DNA of 64,000 nt from a plasmid, in the sequence record NZ_CP119397.1; one strand, given 5' to 3'. The notes below the pieces were generated by a model, which ran no database searches, was not told the DNA's origin, and saw only the letters and a program-made list of their open reading frames with translations. This document shows, in pieces, positions 48,764 to 58,589 of this stretch. The translations under genes and the position numbers were made by a program. How positions within the stretch are numbered: the stretch's first letter is position 1; each line of letters starts with the position of its first letter.

Positions 48764-49999
48764 ATGAGTAAGAAACCGTCCGATCAGATCCAACTGCTGA
48801 CCTCACCCGGCGGCGCGCCGGTAAAAATGTGGACGCAGGGTGTGCCCGTCGAGCCGGAAGCCAGGGCGCAATTACAGAACACCGCCAAAATGCCGTTTAT
48901 CTTTAAACACCTGGCCGTGATGCCGGATGTGCACCTGGGCAAAGGCTCCACCATCGGCAGCGTGATCCCCACCCGCGGGGCAATTATCCCGGCGGCGGTC
49001 GGTGTGGACATCGGCTGCGGGATGATTGCTGTGCGCACCTCGCTGACGGCAACGGATTTGCCGGACAACCTCGCCGGGCTGCGCAGCGCCATTGAGCAGG
49101 CAGTGCCGCACGGGCGTACCACGGCGCGTTCCAAACGCGATAAAGGCGCGTGGGATCGTACGCCGCAAGAGGTGGACAACCACTGGTCAACGCTCGCCCC
49201 GCGCTTTAAACGCCTGACCGACAAATATCCGCAGTTGCTGAAAACCAATAACCACCAGCACCTCGGCACGCTGGGCACCGGCAACCACTTTATTGAGATC
49301 TGCCTGGATGAGCAGCAACGGGTATGGGTGATGCTGCACAGCGGCTCGCGCGGGGTTGGGAATGCCATCGGCACGCTGTTTATTGCACTGGCGCAGAAAG
49401 ATATGCAGCGCCATATCGCCAATTTGCCGGATCGCGATCTCGCCTATTTTGAAGAGGGCAGCCGCCATTTTGAGGACTATATGGCGGCGGTCGGCTGGGC
49501 GCAGGATTTCGCCCGCCACAACCGCGAGGTGATGATGTCGCGGGTGCTGGCGGCGCTCTCCAGGGTGGTGCCGAAACCCTTTATGACCCAGCAGGAGGCC
49601 GTGAACTGCCACCACAATTATGTGCAGCGGGAGAGACATTTTGGCGAAGAGGTGCTGGTCACGCGTAAGGGCGCGGTGTCAGCCCAGAAGGGCGAGATGG
49701 GCATTATTCCCGGTTCAATGGGGGCGAAAAGTTTTATCGTCCGGGGGCTGGGTAATGCAGAAAGTTTCTGTTCGTGCAGCCACGGCGCCGGGCGGACCAT
49801 GAGCCGCACCGCTGCTAAAAAGCGTTTCAGCGTGGCTGACCAGATCCGTGCGACAGCCCATGTCGAATGCCGCAAAGACAGCGAAGTGATCGATGAAATT
49901 CCGATGGCGTATAAAGATATTGATGCGGTGATGGCGGCGCAATCCTCGCTGGTGGAGATTGTGCATACCCTCCGGCAGGTAGTGTGTGTGAAAGGATAA
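48764..49999 (+). CDS. rtcB: RtcB-family RNA 3'-phosphate/2',3'-cyclic phosphate ligase (stand-alone, no rtcA/rtcR)
   Basis: 411 aa; metal-binding His/Cys motifs (PDVHLGKGS, GVDIGCGM, GTGNHFIE, HSGSRG) of RtcB. Confidence 0.9.
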   Translation: MSKKPSDQIQLLTSPGGAPVKMWTQGVPVEPEARAQLQNTAKMPFIFKHLAVMPDVHLGKGSTIGSVIPTRGAIIPAAVGVDIGCGMIAVRTSLTATDLPDNLAGLRSAIEQAVPHGRTTARSKRDKGAWDRTPQEVDNHWSTLAPRFKRLTDKYPQLLKTNNHQHLGTLGTGNHFIEICLDEQQRVWVMLHSGSRGVGNAIGTLFIALAQKDMQRHIANLPDRDLAYFEEGSRHFEDYMAAVGWAQDFARHNREVMMSRVLAALSRVVPKPFMTQQEAVNCHHNYVQRERHFGEEVLVTRKGAVSAQKGEMGIIPGSMGAKSFIVRGLGNAESFCSCSHGAGRTMSRTAAKKRFSVADQIRATAHVECRKDSEVIDEIPMAYKDIDAVMAAQSSLVEIVHTLRQVVCVKG

Positions 50000-50002
50000 A
50001 CA

Positions 50003-50065
50003 ACACCAAAAAGGCACCTTAAGAGTGCCTTTTTGGTACTAATAAGGCGCCTTTTTTACACCAAA
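50003..50065. repeat. R6: repeat-family copy (AAAAAGGCACCTTAAGAGTGCCTTTTTGGTACTAATAAGGCGCCTTTTTTACACC)
   Basis: Between convergent rtcB and phosphoesterase genes; two consecutive hairpins. Confidence 0.7.
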
Positions 50066-50089
50066 AAACAGCCAGCCTATACAGGCTCA

Positions 50090-52192
50090 TTATAGTGGTG
50101 TGATTTCCCCGCTTTGCAGATTAACCCGGAAATTTCGGCTGGGTTGGCCGTGCAGGTACTTATCCAGCACCCGGAAAAGGGTGCCGAACCGCAGGCGAAA
50201 CACCTCGTCGAATCGGCTTTTGTCGTTAATTTTTTGCGTGGCCGGCGGCAGGGTGGCGGCAAGGCTGCCGGTTAACAGGTGGTACTGCCTCAACCGCGCC
50301 GCAGAGATATCCCGTAGTGCCAGTTCATCCGCATTACGCAGGCGGTAAAAATCCACGGCCAGGTCAAATCCGTTCCAGCGAGCAAAGTCCTCCAGCGTCA
50401 ATCCCGCCTGCTGGGCCAGCGCCTGCGCTTTTTGCCGGGCGTTTTCCCAGGCCTCCGGGTTTTCCTGTGAATAGCGCCGGGTGATCTCCCCCTTGCGCGG
50501 CGTGCTGCCGGATGCGCACTGCGCAGGCGCGACGCCCGGCGGCCCGCCCAGGATATCGCGGTAGGTTATCTGCCCCGCTGACTGGCTCAGGATAAGCATC
50601 TCTTTGCCGTTCAGGCTGAACAGCATTTGGCGGATGTCACACGGCCACTCTTCGGGCAGAAAACGCAGGCGTGTCAGCTCGGTGATATGCCAGTCAGTGA
50701 AGGCGTAATAGTCCGGCGCAGTGAGAATGGCTTTATTCCAGAGATGCGGCGAATGGCTGGCGTTCAGGTAATCCCACTCTTGTTGATAGTGTTCAAAAAG
50801 CTCGTTGAAACGCGGCACACTCCCCAGGATCACCGTCTGAACCTCCATCTCTGTGCGGTTTTTAATACTGAGGATCTTATAGGCCGGGACATAAGCCGCC
50901 AGCGACGGTGCCTGGATATTGACCAACATGCTGCCGTCCGGGTAGCGACGGACGCCGGTATCATTGAAGTGCATATGCCCGCCGACATGAACGCCAATGC
51001 CGGTTTTCGCCAGCGCATAGCTGGTTTCCTGACGGGGCGCCCGCGTAAGTTGCAAGGTGCCTTCACCAAACAGCGCTTCCATATCCTGCATTGCGCCGTT
51101 ATCAAACTCCACCATCGGGAAATGGCTGAACGTCACCAGCGTTTTATGTTCTGCTTTTGCGCGCTGTGCAACAGAGGCCATCCAGGCCACGGTCTGCTGT
51201 TTATGCGTCAGCATTTTGTTGTAGCCTGCCTCACCGGAGCCGGCAAAATTACCCGCCGCCCCAGGTTTTCCGGCATCCGCTTTTTCGTCCGGCACATACA
51301 CATTCGCATCAACAGCCAGTAACCAGAGGCCGGGAACAGGCTCGACCAGATAGCTGCTGTCCGCCACCATAAAGCACGGGCCATAGCCCGGCTGCTTATA
51401 ACGCCCACCGGTACCCTGGGTACAAATTTCATACTGCCGGCGACCAAAATCACTGGCCTGCAATGCAGCCTGATAACGGTAAGGTTGCTGGTGGTAATCA
51501 GAGTAGGGGGTTTCCCAGTAACGGTCGGCAGGCGAAGGGGTCAGGCCAAACGGCCCCATCGCCTTCATCACATACTCATACCCCCGGCTGGCCATTTCCT
51601 CGCTGCACAGGGTAGGTAACCCGGCCCCGGTGTTGATGAGGGCGGTACGGCCCGCATACCCGCTGCACTCTTTTGCACCCCGGCTGAAAATACGTTGTGT
51701 TTGCCCGCCCTGGCCGAGGAAATCCTCTTCGCCGCCTGGGCTGTCAAACGGGCGGTTGGGATCATGGTTGCCCGGCGTGGCAAAGAAACGCATCCCATAA
51801 CGTTGCCCATACTCCTGCAACAGCGAGACCAGCCCGCGAAGGTGCAGCGACTGCCCGTCATCGCTGAAATCCCCCGGCAGCGCGACCAGCGTAATGCCTT
51901 TACGGCCGGCGTCATCCAGGGCGGCCCGCAGCGCGAAGTAATTTTCATTAAACAAACGCGTGGAGGTCAACTGCGCATACATAGTCCGGATCACCGCCGG
52001 GCGGCCACTTTTGCTGTTTTTCAGGCCGGCAAAGGCCCCGTCGGCAAATTGCCCGTACACATCATGAAAGTGGATATCCGGCATAAAGGCGATGCGATAG
52101 GGAGAGGTGTCGGCGGCAGCCACACTGCCGGTCACGACAGCGAGCAGCGCCAGATAACGCTGAATGATTTTCTTCATTTTATGTTGCTCCAT
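50090..52192 (-). CDS. secreted calcineurin-like metallophosphoesterase (700 aa)
   Basis: Signal peptide; D-x-H, GDFSDDG, GNHD metallophosphoesterase motifs. Confidence 0.75.
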   Translation of the reverse strand: MEQHKMKKIIQRYLALLAVVTGSVAAADTSPYRIAFMPDIHFHDVYGQFADGAFAGLKNSKSGRPAVIRTMYAQLTSTRLFNENYFALRAALDDAGRKGITLVALPGDFSDDGQSLHLRGLVSLLQEYGQRYGMRFFATPGNHDPNRPFDSPGGEEDFLGQGGQTQRIFSRGAKECSGYAGRTALINTGAGLPTLCSEEMASRGYEYVMKAMGPFGLTPSPADRYWETPYSDYHQQPYRYQAALQASDFGRRQYEICTQGTGGRYKQPGYGPCFMVADSSYLVEPVPGLWLLAVDANVYVPDEKADAGKPGAAGNFAGSGEAGYNKMLTHKQQTVAWMASVAQRAKAEHKTLVTFSHFPMVEFDNGAMQDMEALFGEGTLQLTRAPRQETSYALAKTGIGVHVGGHMHFNDTGVRRYPDGSMLVNIQAPSLAAYVPAYKILSIKNRTEMEVQTVILGSVPRFNELFEHYQQEWDYLNASHSPHLWNKAILTAPDYYAFTDWHITELTRLRFLPEEWPCDIRQMLFSLNGKEMLILSQSAGQITYRDILGGPPGVAPAQCASGSTPRKGEITRRYSQENPEAWENARQKAQALAQQAGLTLEDFARWNGFDLAVDFYRLRNADELALRDISAARLRQYHLLTGSLAATLPPATQKINDKSRFDEVFRLRFGTLFRVLDKYLHGQPSRNFRVNLQSGEITPL

Positions 52193-52235
52193 GCAACAAC
52201 CTGTTCTGTTGCGAAGAGGGCATTTGCCCGGTCAA

Positions 52236-53822
52236 TTACGCCTGCGCTGCCCCGTCCCCATAGCCCAACTCCGTTTCCAGAAAGGCCACCAGCGCCGCTG
52301 ACGTGGGCACATTCATCAGTTGTTCACGAAAATCGCTGTGCATCAGCTTGCGTGCCAGCGTGGAAAAGATGCGCATATGCTCAGTCTGTGCCTGCGCCTT
52401 CAACGCCAGCATGATAACCAGCCGGACATCCACCCCGTCGCCCCAGGGCAGCGGGGTTTTCAGGCGCAACACCGCGAGCGTGTTGTGGAGGATGGCGGGG
52501 GACTGGCAGTGCGGGATCGCCACGGAAAAGCCCAGCGCGGTGGAGAACACCGCCTCACGCTGCCAGATGGCGCGCTCCGCCTCCACGCCGGACGCGGCAC
52601 GCTGGTCACTTTCCAGCCTGTCGGTCAGCTGCTTTATCACCTCATATTTATCGGGAAGGGTGTCATCAAGCTGTACCAGCGCAGGTGTGATCAGCGGCCG
52701 CGGCGCGGCCGTTTCCTCACGCCACTGAGGCCGCGGTTTATCACGCTCCAGCGTGAACCATCGCCCGGCCACTGCATCCGGGTCAGCAACCAGCACCCCA
52801 TTGCGCGCGTCCAGCAGCACGCGGGTTGCCTGCTGCATCTGCGGGTGCGCCCCAGGCGGCACGCAAAGCAAAGGTATGGAAAACGCCCGCGCAAGAATGG
52901 CGGTATGGGAGGTTTCCGCGCCCGTTTCCATCACAATGCCGTGCAGGTGGGGGCCGCGCAGGGCCAGCAATTGCCCCGGCGTCATCCTGCCCCGGCAGAG
53001 CACAATCGCCGCCTGTGTCAGCGCCGGTACTGCCAGTTGCGGATCGCGCGAGAGGCACGCGGCCAACCGGAACCCCAAATCCTGCATATCCAGCTCGCGC
53101 TGGCGCAAATAGTCGCTGTCGCTCTGCCGGAACGGCAAACGCAGCGCATCGAGGGCGCAGGCGAGGGCGGCCAGCGCATTGGCCGCGCCCTGTTGGCTGA
53201 ACAGCGCCTCTTCCACCGCCTCATCCCCCAGCAACTGGCTATGCGCGTCCAGGATTTGTGCGGCCTCGCCCTGGGCAGCGGCGGCGTCGCGTTCAAGTTG
53301 CGCACGGGCGCGGTGCCACGCCGCCAGCAGGTGCTGATGCTGCGTGGCGTGGTCGGTGGCAGGCTCACGTTGCGCCAGCCGGTGAAGATCGGCAGGTGTG
53401 AAACTCACCGGCACCCCCAGCGCTATCCCCGGGCTGACGCCGTTCCCGCGCAGCACCGGGGAGGCCGTGCGTGCGAGGAAAACCGGCAGTGCACAGTCTG
53501 TGCCCGGCGCGTGCGCGGCCGGTGGGGTATCGCACCCGGCCAGCTCATGCAGGATAAAATGGCTCAACGCCTGATGGGCCGCCTGCGCGTCCGGCCCGTC
53601 GATCTGTAACCGGCACGCATTTCCCAGGGCGACATCCGCCCCCACCAGCGCCAGCGCACTTTTGGCATTGGCCTGGCGCGCGTTATTGCCGTTCACCAGC
53701 GTCACAGACGAGGTAAACCGTGCGGCGCAGCGCGCCAGTGCACCGGCAGGGCGGGCATGGAGGCCATGCGGTAACGGGTAATGGAATGAAAGGGTCAGCA
53801 TCATATTCTCCTCCTGTGGCAT
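52236..53822 (-). CDS. PTS multiphosphoryl transfer protein: HPr - EI phosphohistidine domain - EIIA(Fru/Ntr type)
   Basis: N-terminal HPr (HYPLPHGLHARPAGAL...); central PEP-utilising mobile domain (ETGAETSHTAILARAF); C-terminal EIIA-2 (FSTALGFSVAIPHCQ). Confidence 0.7.
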   Translation of the reverse strand: MPQEENMMLTLSFHYPLPHGLHARPAGALARCAARFTSSVTLVNGNNARQANAKSALALVGADVALGNACRLQIDGPDAQAAHQALSHFILHELAGCDTPPAAHAPGTDCALPVFLARTASPVLRGNGVSPGIALGVPVSFTPADLHRLAQREPATDHATQHQHLLAAWHRARAQLERDAAAAQGEAAQILDAHSQLLGDEAVEEALFSQQGAANALAALACALDALRLPFRQSDSDYLRQRELDMQDLGFRLAACLSRDPQLAVPALTQAAIVLCRGRMTPGQLLALRGPHLHGIVMETGAETSHTAILARAFSIPLLCVPPGAHPQMQQATRVLLDARNGVLVADPDAVAGRWFTLERDKPRPQWREETAAPRPLITPALVQLDDTLPDKYEVIKQLTDRLESDQRAASGVEAERAIWQREAVFSTALGFSVAIPHCQSPAILHNTLAVLRLKTPLPWGDGVDVRLVIMLALKAQAQTEHMRIFSTLARKLMHSDFREQLMNVPTSAALVAFLETELGYGDGAAQA

Positions 53823-56404
53823 CAGTCGATTAACCAGGAAACCGGCGTACCGGCGGTCACCACGTCATCCGTTACCGCGCTGGGCGTCTCGGCCAGGGTG
53901 ACCCGGCGGCACGCCCCCTCAGCCACCGGTTGCCCGCAGTGAAGCGGCGTGAGGCCGGGGTTCCAGCCACGCAGCAGCAGCGCATTGCTGTGCTGCGCTT
54001 TTTGAGGGTGCTGAAATGCAGCGCGCAGTCCCATGACAGCAGGCTGTAACGCGCCGGAAAGTGCAGCCCATGTGGGTTGGTGCGAAAGCGTGACCAGCCG
54101 CTCTCAAGATAGCCGGAGGCCGGGGTACGCCACTGCTCAACCGCCCGCCAGAAGGCCGCATCTTGCCCCTGCGCCATCGGCAGTACCGCGAAATGGGCGT
54201 GATACAGGCCGGGAAGCTGCGAATCGGGCGTCGGCAGGGCCATGCCGGACGCACGGCCCGGCCGCCACAACAGGTCAGGTTTTCCCAGCCAGCCGACACT
54301 GCGGAACAGGGTGATCGCCAGCGTCTGTGGCTGTTGGGCCGGGATTTCATACTCCCGCAACCCCTCGGTAACGACGCACACACCGCGCGTCCCGTTATGC
54401 AGCATCACCAGGCTTTGCATCGGCCAGAGTGACGCCGGGGCCTCGGCCCAGTTTTTCCGCCTGCCAGCGCTGCAACGCGGCAGGCTGGTTTTCCCGTTCA
54501 ATCAGCCCAAACGGCTGATCGGCGAAGTGAACGGCCTGGCTGACCCCGACCGGGATTTCCACCTGCAACCGGTGGTCGCGCAGCGTATTGTTGACCTCAA
54601 TCTCCACATCCAGCCACGGCCGGTCATGCGGGAGCGACAGGACCAGGGTGACCTCCAGCGCGGCATTACACTGCCTGGCCTCGCGGGCGGCGGCGTCCAG
54701 CGGGGCAGGGATGCGCCAGGTGAGCGTCAGGGTATCGTTCAAAGGCCCGCGCACCCCGTGCAGGCCGGTCAGGCAGCCGTCACTGCTGATTTTCCAGTCT
54801 TCCGGCGGGGGCGAATAGTTGTAGTTATCCCCGGCGTCGCCGCCGTCCACCAGCCGCAATACACCGGGATAGCGCTGCCCGCTGCGTTTATCCTCCAGCG
54901 TAAGCTGCCCGTGCTCGACCACCAGCCGTAACCAGCGGTTCTCCAGCCCCTCCACCGCGGCCGGGGTGGTGTCAAACCCGGCTGCCCGGCCCTCCTGCAA
55001 CATCAGGGTCTGGTAACCGCAGGGCGGCAAGGCCTTCACCTCCAGCAGGATGTCGCATTTGCGATACCAGGTGGCCGTGGTGCTGTTTGACAGCTCCTGC
55101 ACGATGAGCGACATATCCTGCGGGGCTTCATGCAGCAGTTGCCAGCGGCAGGGCGCCCCGGCCTGATCCACAATGCAGAAATCCTGTTCGGGCGTGTAGA
55201 GGGTCAGGCGGACATGCGCATCGCGTTCGTGGGGCAGCGGGTTGAACACGATGATTTTCTTGCCCTCGCCGTTCAGCGTGATGCCTGCCGCCAGCATGGC
55301 CATGTTCAGTTCATAAAGCTGCCGGGCGCTTTCCAGCCCATCGCACAGGCGCGCGTTGACCATGCTGTTTACGCGGTCTGCATTGCAACCGCCGATGCTG
55401 TCATGCGCCTGCGATTTCATCGCCCCACGCCAGATCTGTTCCAGCACCGGTTGCGGGTAGGGCAGCCCCAGCCGGGCATTCATCGCCAAAAGCGGCTCCA
55501 GCGTCTGGCTGACAAACTGCTCCAGCCGGGCGTTCCGCTGTTTTATGTCCATGCGGGTGGAATAAATCCCGCGATGGACACGCATATATTTTGCGCTGAG
55601 CAACTCGCCGCGCCATACCGGCAGCGCGCAGCCGGTGGCCTGCAACGCGCTGAAAAAGGCAGTAAAACTGCTGCGCTTAAAACGGTATGCCTGCTGGCGC
55701 AGGTTCAGCGTATCCAGCATCGCAGGCACTGCATATTCGAAGGGGGACTGGTCGTTGCCGTTAGGCAGCAACAGGTGATCGGTCAGGGAAAAACGCGCCT
55801 GTTTGTCGAGGATGGCAGGCAGGCGTTGCGCCGCCTGCGTTGCCTCCCCCGGCAACCCTTTGGCACAGCCGTAGCCCCAGGGCAGCACCGCGGTGGTCAC
55901 GCGGCTGCCGTTCTGGGCGCACCAGGTAAATTCGCTGGCAGGGACATCATGCTCGCACCAGCCGCGCCAGATCACCGCGCAGCCGATGCCGAACTCGCGC
56001 AGAAACAGCGGAAGCTGGGCGCTCTGCCCAAAAGAGTCCGGGACATAGCCGACCGGCATGTAACCGCCCCACGCCTCGCAGTCCGCTTTTCCCAACAGCA
56101 GGTTGCGGGTGATCGACTCCGCCCCCACCACCAAAAAATCGGTCTGGGTATACCAGGGGCCAATCAGGATCCGCCCCTGGCGGATCAGCGTTTGCAGGCG
56201 TTCACGGTGTTCCGGGGCGACCTGCACATCATCCTCCAGCATCACCGTTTGCCCATCCAGCACAAAAGGCCCGAGGCCAGGATCCTGTTCCAGGCGACAG
56301 AGCAGATCCTGCATAAAATAATAGAGCAGCGTTTTTGACTCATTCTCAGTGAAATACCACTCGCGATCCCAATGCGTATGCTGAATGACATGCACGGTTT
56401 TCAT
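53822..56404 (-). pseudogene. mngB: GH38 alpha-mannosidase (MngB-like mannosylglycerate hydrolase), interrupted by at least two frameshifts
   Basis: N-terminal VHVIQHTHWDREW GH38 signature in ORF 54395-56404; C-terminal GH38 sequence continues in two other frames (53872-54501, 53822-54034). Confidence 0.7.
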
Positions 56405-56509
56405 GATTATCCCTTTTCCTGTGTCAGGGGTTATTCAGGGCGGGCGGCATCCCAGAAAATGGGCTTTCTGCTGACGCCTCTCGTCTGAAATAAATAAACC
56501 GGGTCGTGA

Positions 56510-57628
56510 TTACCGGCCCACTTTGAATTTCGGTGCCGCGGGCGCTTTTTTCGCCTCCGGCATGGCTTCTCCCCGGAAGATCAGCAAAGAGCCGGCGGTA
56601 ATCATCGCCGCCCCCGTCGCAATGGCGAGGACATACACCAGCCAGTTTTCCACCGCCAGCCAGCCATAAAAGCCGGAAATCGGCGCACGGTTCACCGCAC
56701 CCAGCCCTACCGCCATCGCGGCACCCACGGCGGAGCCGATGACGTTGATCACAATGATTTTGGGGTTGGCCAGCGCAAACGGGATCGCCCCTTCTGACAC
56801 CCCGATAAGCCCCATCAGCGTGGCGGCTTTCCCCGCTTCCCGCAGGGAGGCCGGAAAACGGTTAGCCCACAGCAACGTCGCCAGGCCCAGCCCGATCGGC
56901 GGCACAATGATGGCGACCTGGGCCGCCGTATTCGGGGCATAAATCCCTGACGCCAACAGCGCCATCGCCGTGGTGACGGCCGCTTTGTTGACCGGGCCGC
57001 CCAGATCGAACCCGACCATGCCGCCGACCACCGCCGCCAGGATCACCGTGTTGGTGCCTGACATCGCCAGCAGCCACTGTTCCATGCCGTGGTTCAGCGC
57101 GGCCAGCGGCGTGCCGATGACAAACGCCATCACGCTGCAGGTCAGCAGCGTGCCGCCCACCGGCAGGATAAAAATAGGCCCGGCCGAGGCCAGTGCCTTC
57201 GGCAGGGTGACCATCGTTGCCAGCGCCCGCACGATATACCCGGCGACAAACCCCGCCGCCAGCGCGCCGAGAAAGCCGGTGCCCAGGCTGTTTGCCAGCA
57301 GGCCGCCGACCATGCCCGGTGCCAGCCCAGGCTTGTTGGCCAGCGCAAAGCTGATATAACCGGCGACCACAGGCAACATCAGCGACAGCGCCATGCCCCC
57401 GAAGCCATCAAATTTATGCAGCAGCTGCACCACCAGGCTCGCGGCCTGTTCATGCCCGGCATCCCAGATGTTATCGATGCCGTACAGCGAGGCTCCAATG
57501 CGTGAAATGCCCATAATGACCGCCCCGGCAATCACAAAAGGCAGCATCCATGACACCCCGGTCATGATGGCGGTTTTGATCTCCTGGCCCGCCGCCGGTG
57601 CGGTGCTTCCCCCGTTTCCCTTAGCCAT
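56510..57628 (-). CDS. PTS fructose-family EIIC component
   Basis: 372 aa polytopic; fructose/mannitol-family IIC (cf. E. coli MngA/FruA IIC domain). Confidence 0.8.
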   Translation of the reverse strand: MAKGNGGSTAPAAGQEIKTAIMTGVSWMLPFVIAGAVIMGISRIGASLYGIDNIWDAGHEQAASLVVQLLHKFDGFGGMALSLMLPVVAGYISFALANKPGLAPGMVGGLLANSLGTGFLGALAAGFVAGYIVRALATMVTLPKALASAGPIFILPVGGTLLTCSVMAFVIGTPLAALNHGMEQWLLAMSGTNTVILAAVVGGMVGFDLGGPVNKAAVTTAMALLASGIYAPNTAAQVAIIVPPIGLGLATLLWANRFPASLREAGKAATLMGLIGVSEGAIPFALANPKIIVINVIGSAVGAAMAVGLGAVNRAPISGFYGWLAVENWLVYVLAIATGAAMITAGSLLIFRGEAMPEAKKAPAAPKFKVGR

Positions 57629-57935
57629 GCGTCACCTCCTGCTCCAGCGCCTCAAATATCGCATCGCCAAACTTAATCGGGTCGGCGACGCAGCACTCCA
57701 GTTTGATCAGGCCGTTAAACCGCTCTTTATTGAGGATGGCGACATCCGCCGCCAGGATAACGGCATCGGCGCGTGCCAGGTCGGCGTCCGTGATGGCGTT
57801 CTCCACCCCCATGCTGCCCTGGGTTTCGACTTTTATTTCATGGCCGCGCTGCTTGCCGGTTATTTCAAGGGCTTCCGCCGCCATATAGGTATGGGCCACC
57901 CCGGTCGGGCAGGCTGCAACACAAATAATGAACAT
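57621..57935 (-). CDS. PTS fructose-family EIIB component
   Basis: 104 aa; phosphocysteine loop CPTGVAHTYMAAE; AAGGAG SD; 8-bp overlap with IIC. Confidence 0.8.
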   Translation of the reverse strand: MFIICVAACPTGVAHTYMAAEALEITGKQRGHEIKVETQGSMGVENAITDADLARADAVILAADVAILNKERFNGLIKLECCVADPIKFGDAIFEALEQEVTHG

Positions 57936-57966
57936 AACAACTCCTTACAGGGGTCAGTTTCAGGCA

Positions 57967-58001
57967 ATAAAAAAAGCACAATGGCGAAAGGCGCATTGTG
58001 C
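57967..58001 (-). terminator. terminator/attenuator hairpin immediately upstream of PTS IIB RBS
   Basis: GCACAATG-N10-CATTGTGC stem followed by TTTTTTT on minus strand, 30 bp before the SD of the IIB gene. Confidence 0.55.
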
Positions 58002-58508
58002 TTTGCAGGAAGAGAGCGAAGGGGAAGGCGGCATCGTCGGCCTCGCCACTGGCGTGGCGGCACAGGATTAACTGATGCAGAGAGCGGGTGCGGAACAGGA
58101 AAGCCAGCTCGTGGCGTTTATGGCTGCGCAGCCGGACGGGTGACGCGGCAGGACGCCGGGTTTTTGCAACGTGGGCCGCTACAGAGGCACCGGGGCGGCA
58201 TAATTTCCCGGCGCTGCACCATAACTGTGCCCAGCCCGCGGCAATCTCTTCCCCAGCGTCCTGAGACACTGATGGTTCTTCTTCTGCCAGGTCAGCGAGA
58301 GACGTAAAACAGCACATCGCGTTCAGCCACGTCTTGCTCTTGCTGTCCACTGACAGCCACCATGCAGTGATGATGGAAAAAACCCGGATGAGATAAGCAG
58401 GCATGGTTTCCCCTCAAAAAACTCAGGCTGAGTATAGGACAGGGGTAAAATAACGAATGTGACTTTCCACACGTTTATTAACCGGAATCAACGTTCCATT
58501 TAGCGATG

Positions 58509-58566
58509 TAAAAAAGGCACCTTGACGGTGCCTTTTTGGTACTATTTATACACTCTTTTTACACCA
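58509..58566. repeat. R7: repeat-family copy (AAAAAGGCACCTTGACGGTGCCTTTTTGGTACTATTTATACACTCTTTTTACACC)
   Basis: Located 3' of DGC gene; GGCACC-N5-GGTGCC hairpin. Confidence 0.7.
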
Positions 58567-58589
58567 GAAACAGGGATTACCCGTAAAAC

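Noticed and set aside
53872-54501. 209-aa ORF and 53822-54034 70-aa ORF as independent genes
   Set aside because: Their translations continue the GH38 (MngB-like) C-terminal domain in shifted frames. They are fragments of the frameshifted mannosidase gene, not separate genes.
57865-58404. 179-aa ORF upstream of PTS IIB
   Set aside because: - It runs through the leader terminator hairpin and into the IIB coding region.
- No RBS, odd composition.
- Treated as noncoding leader instead.
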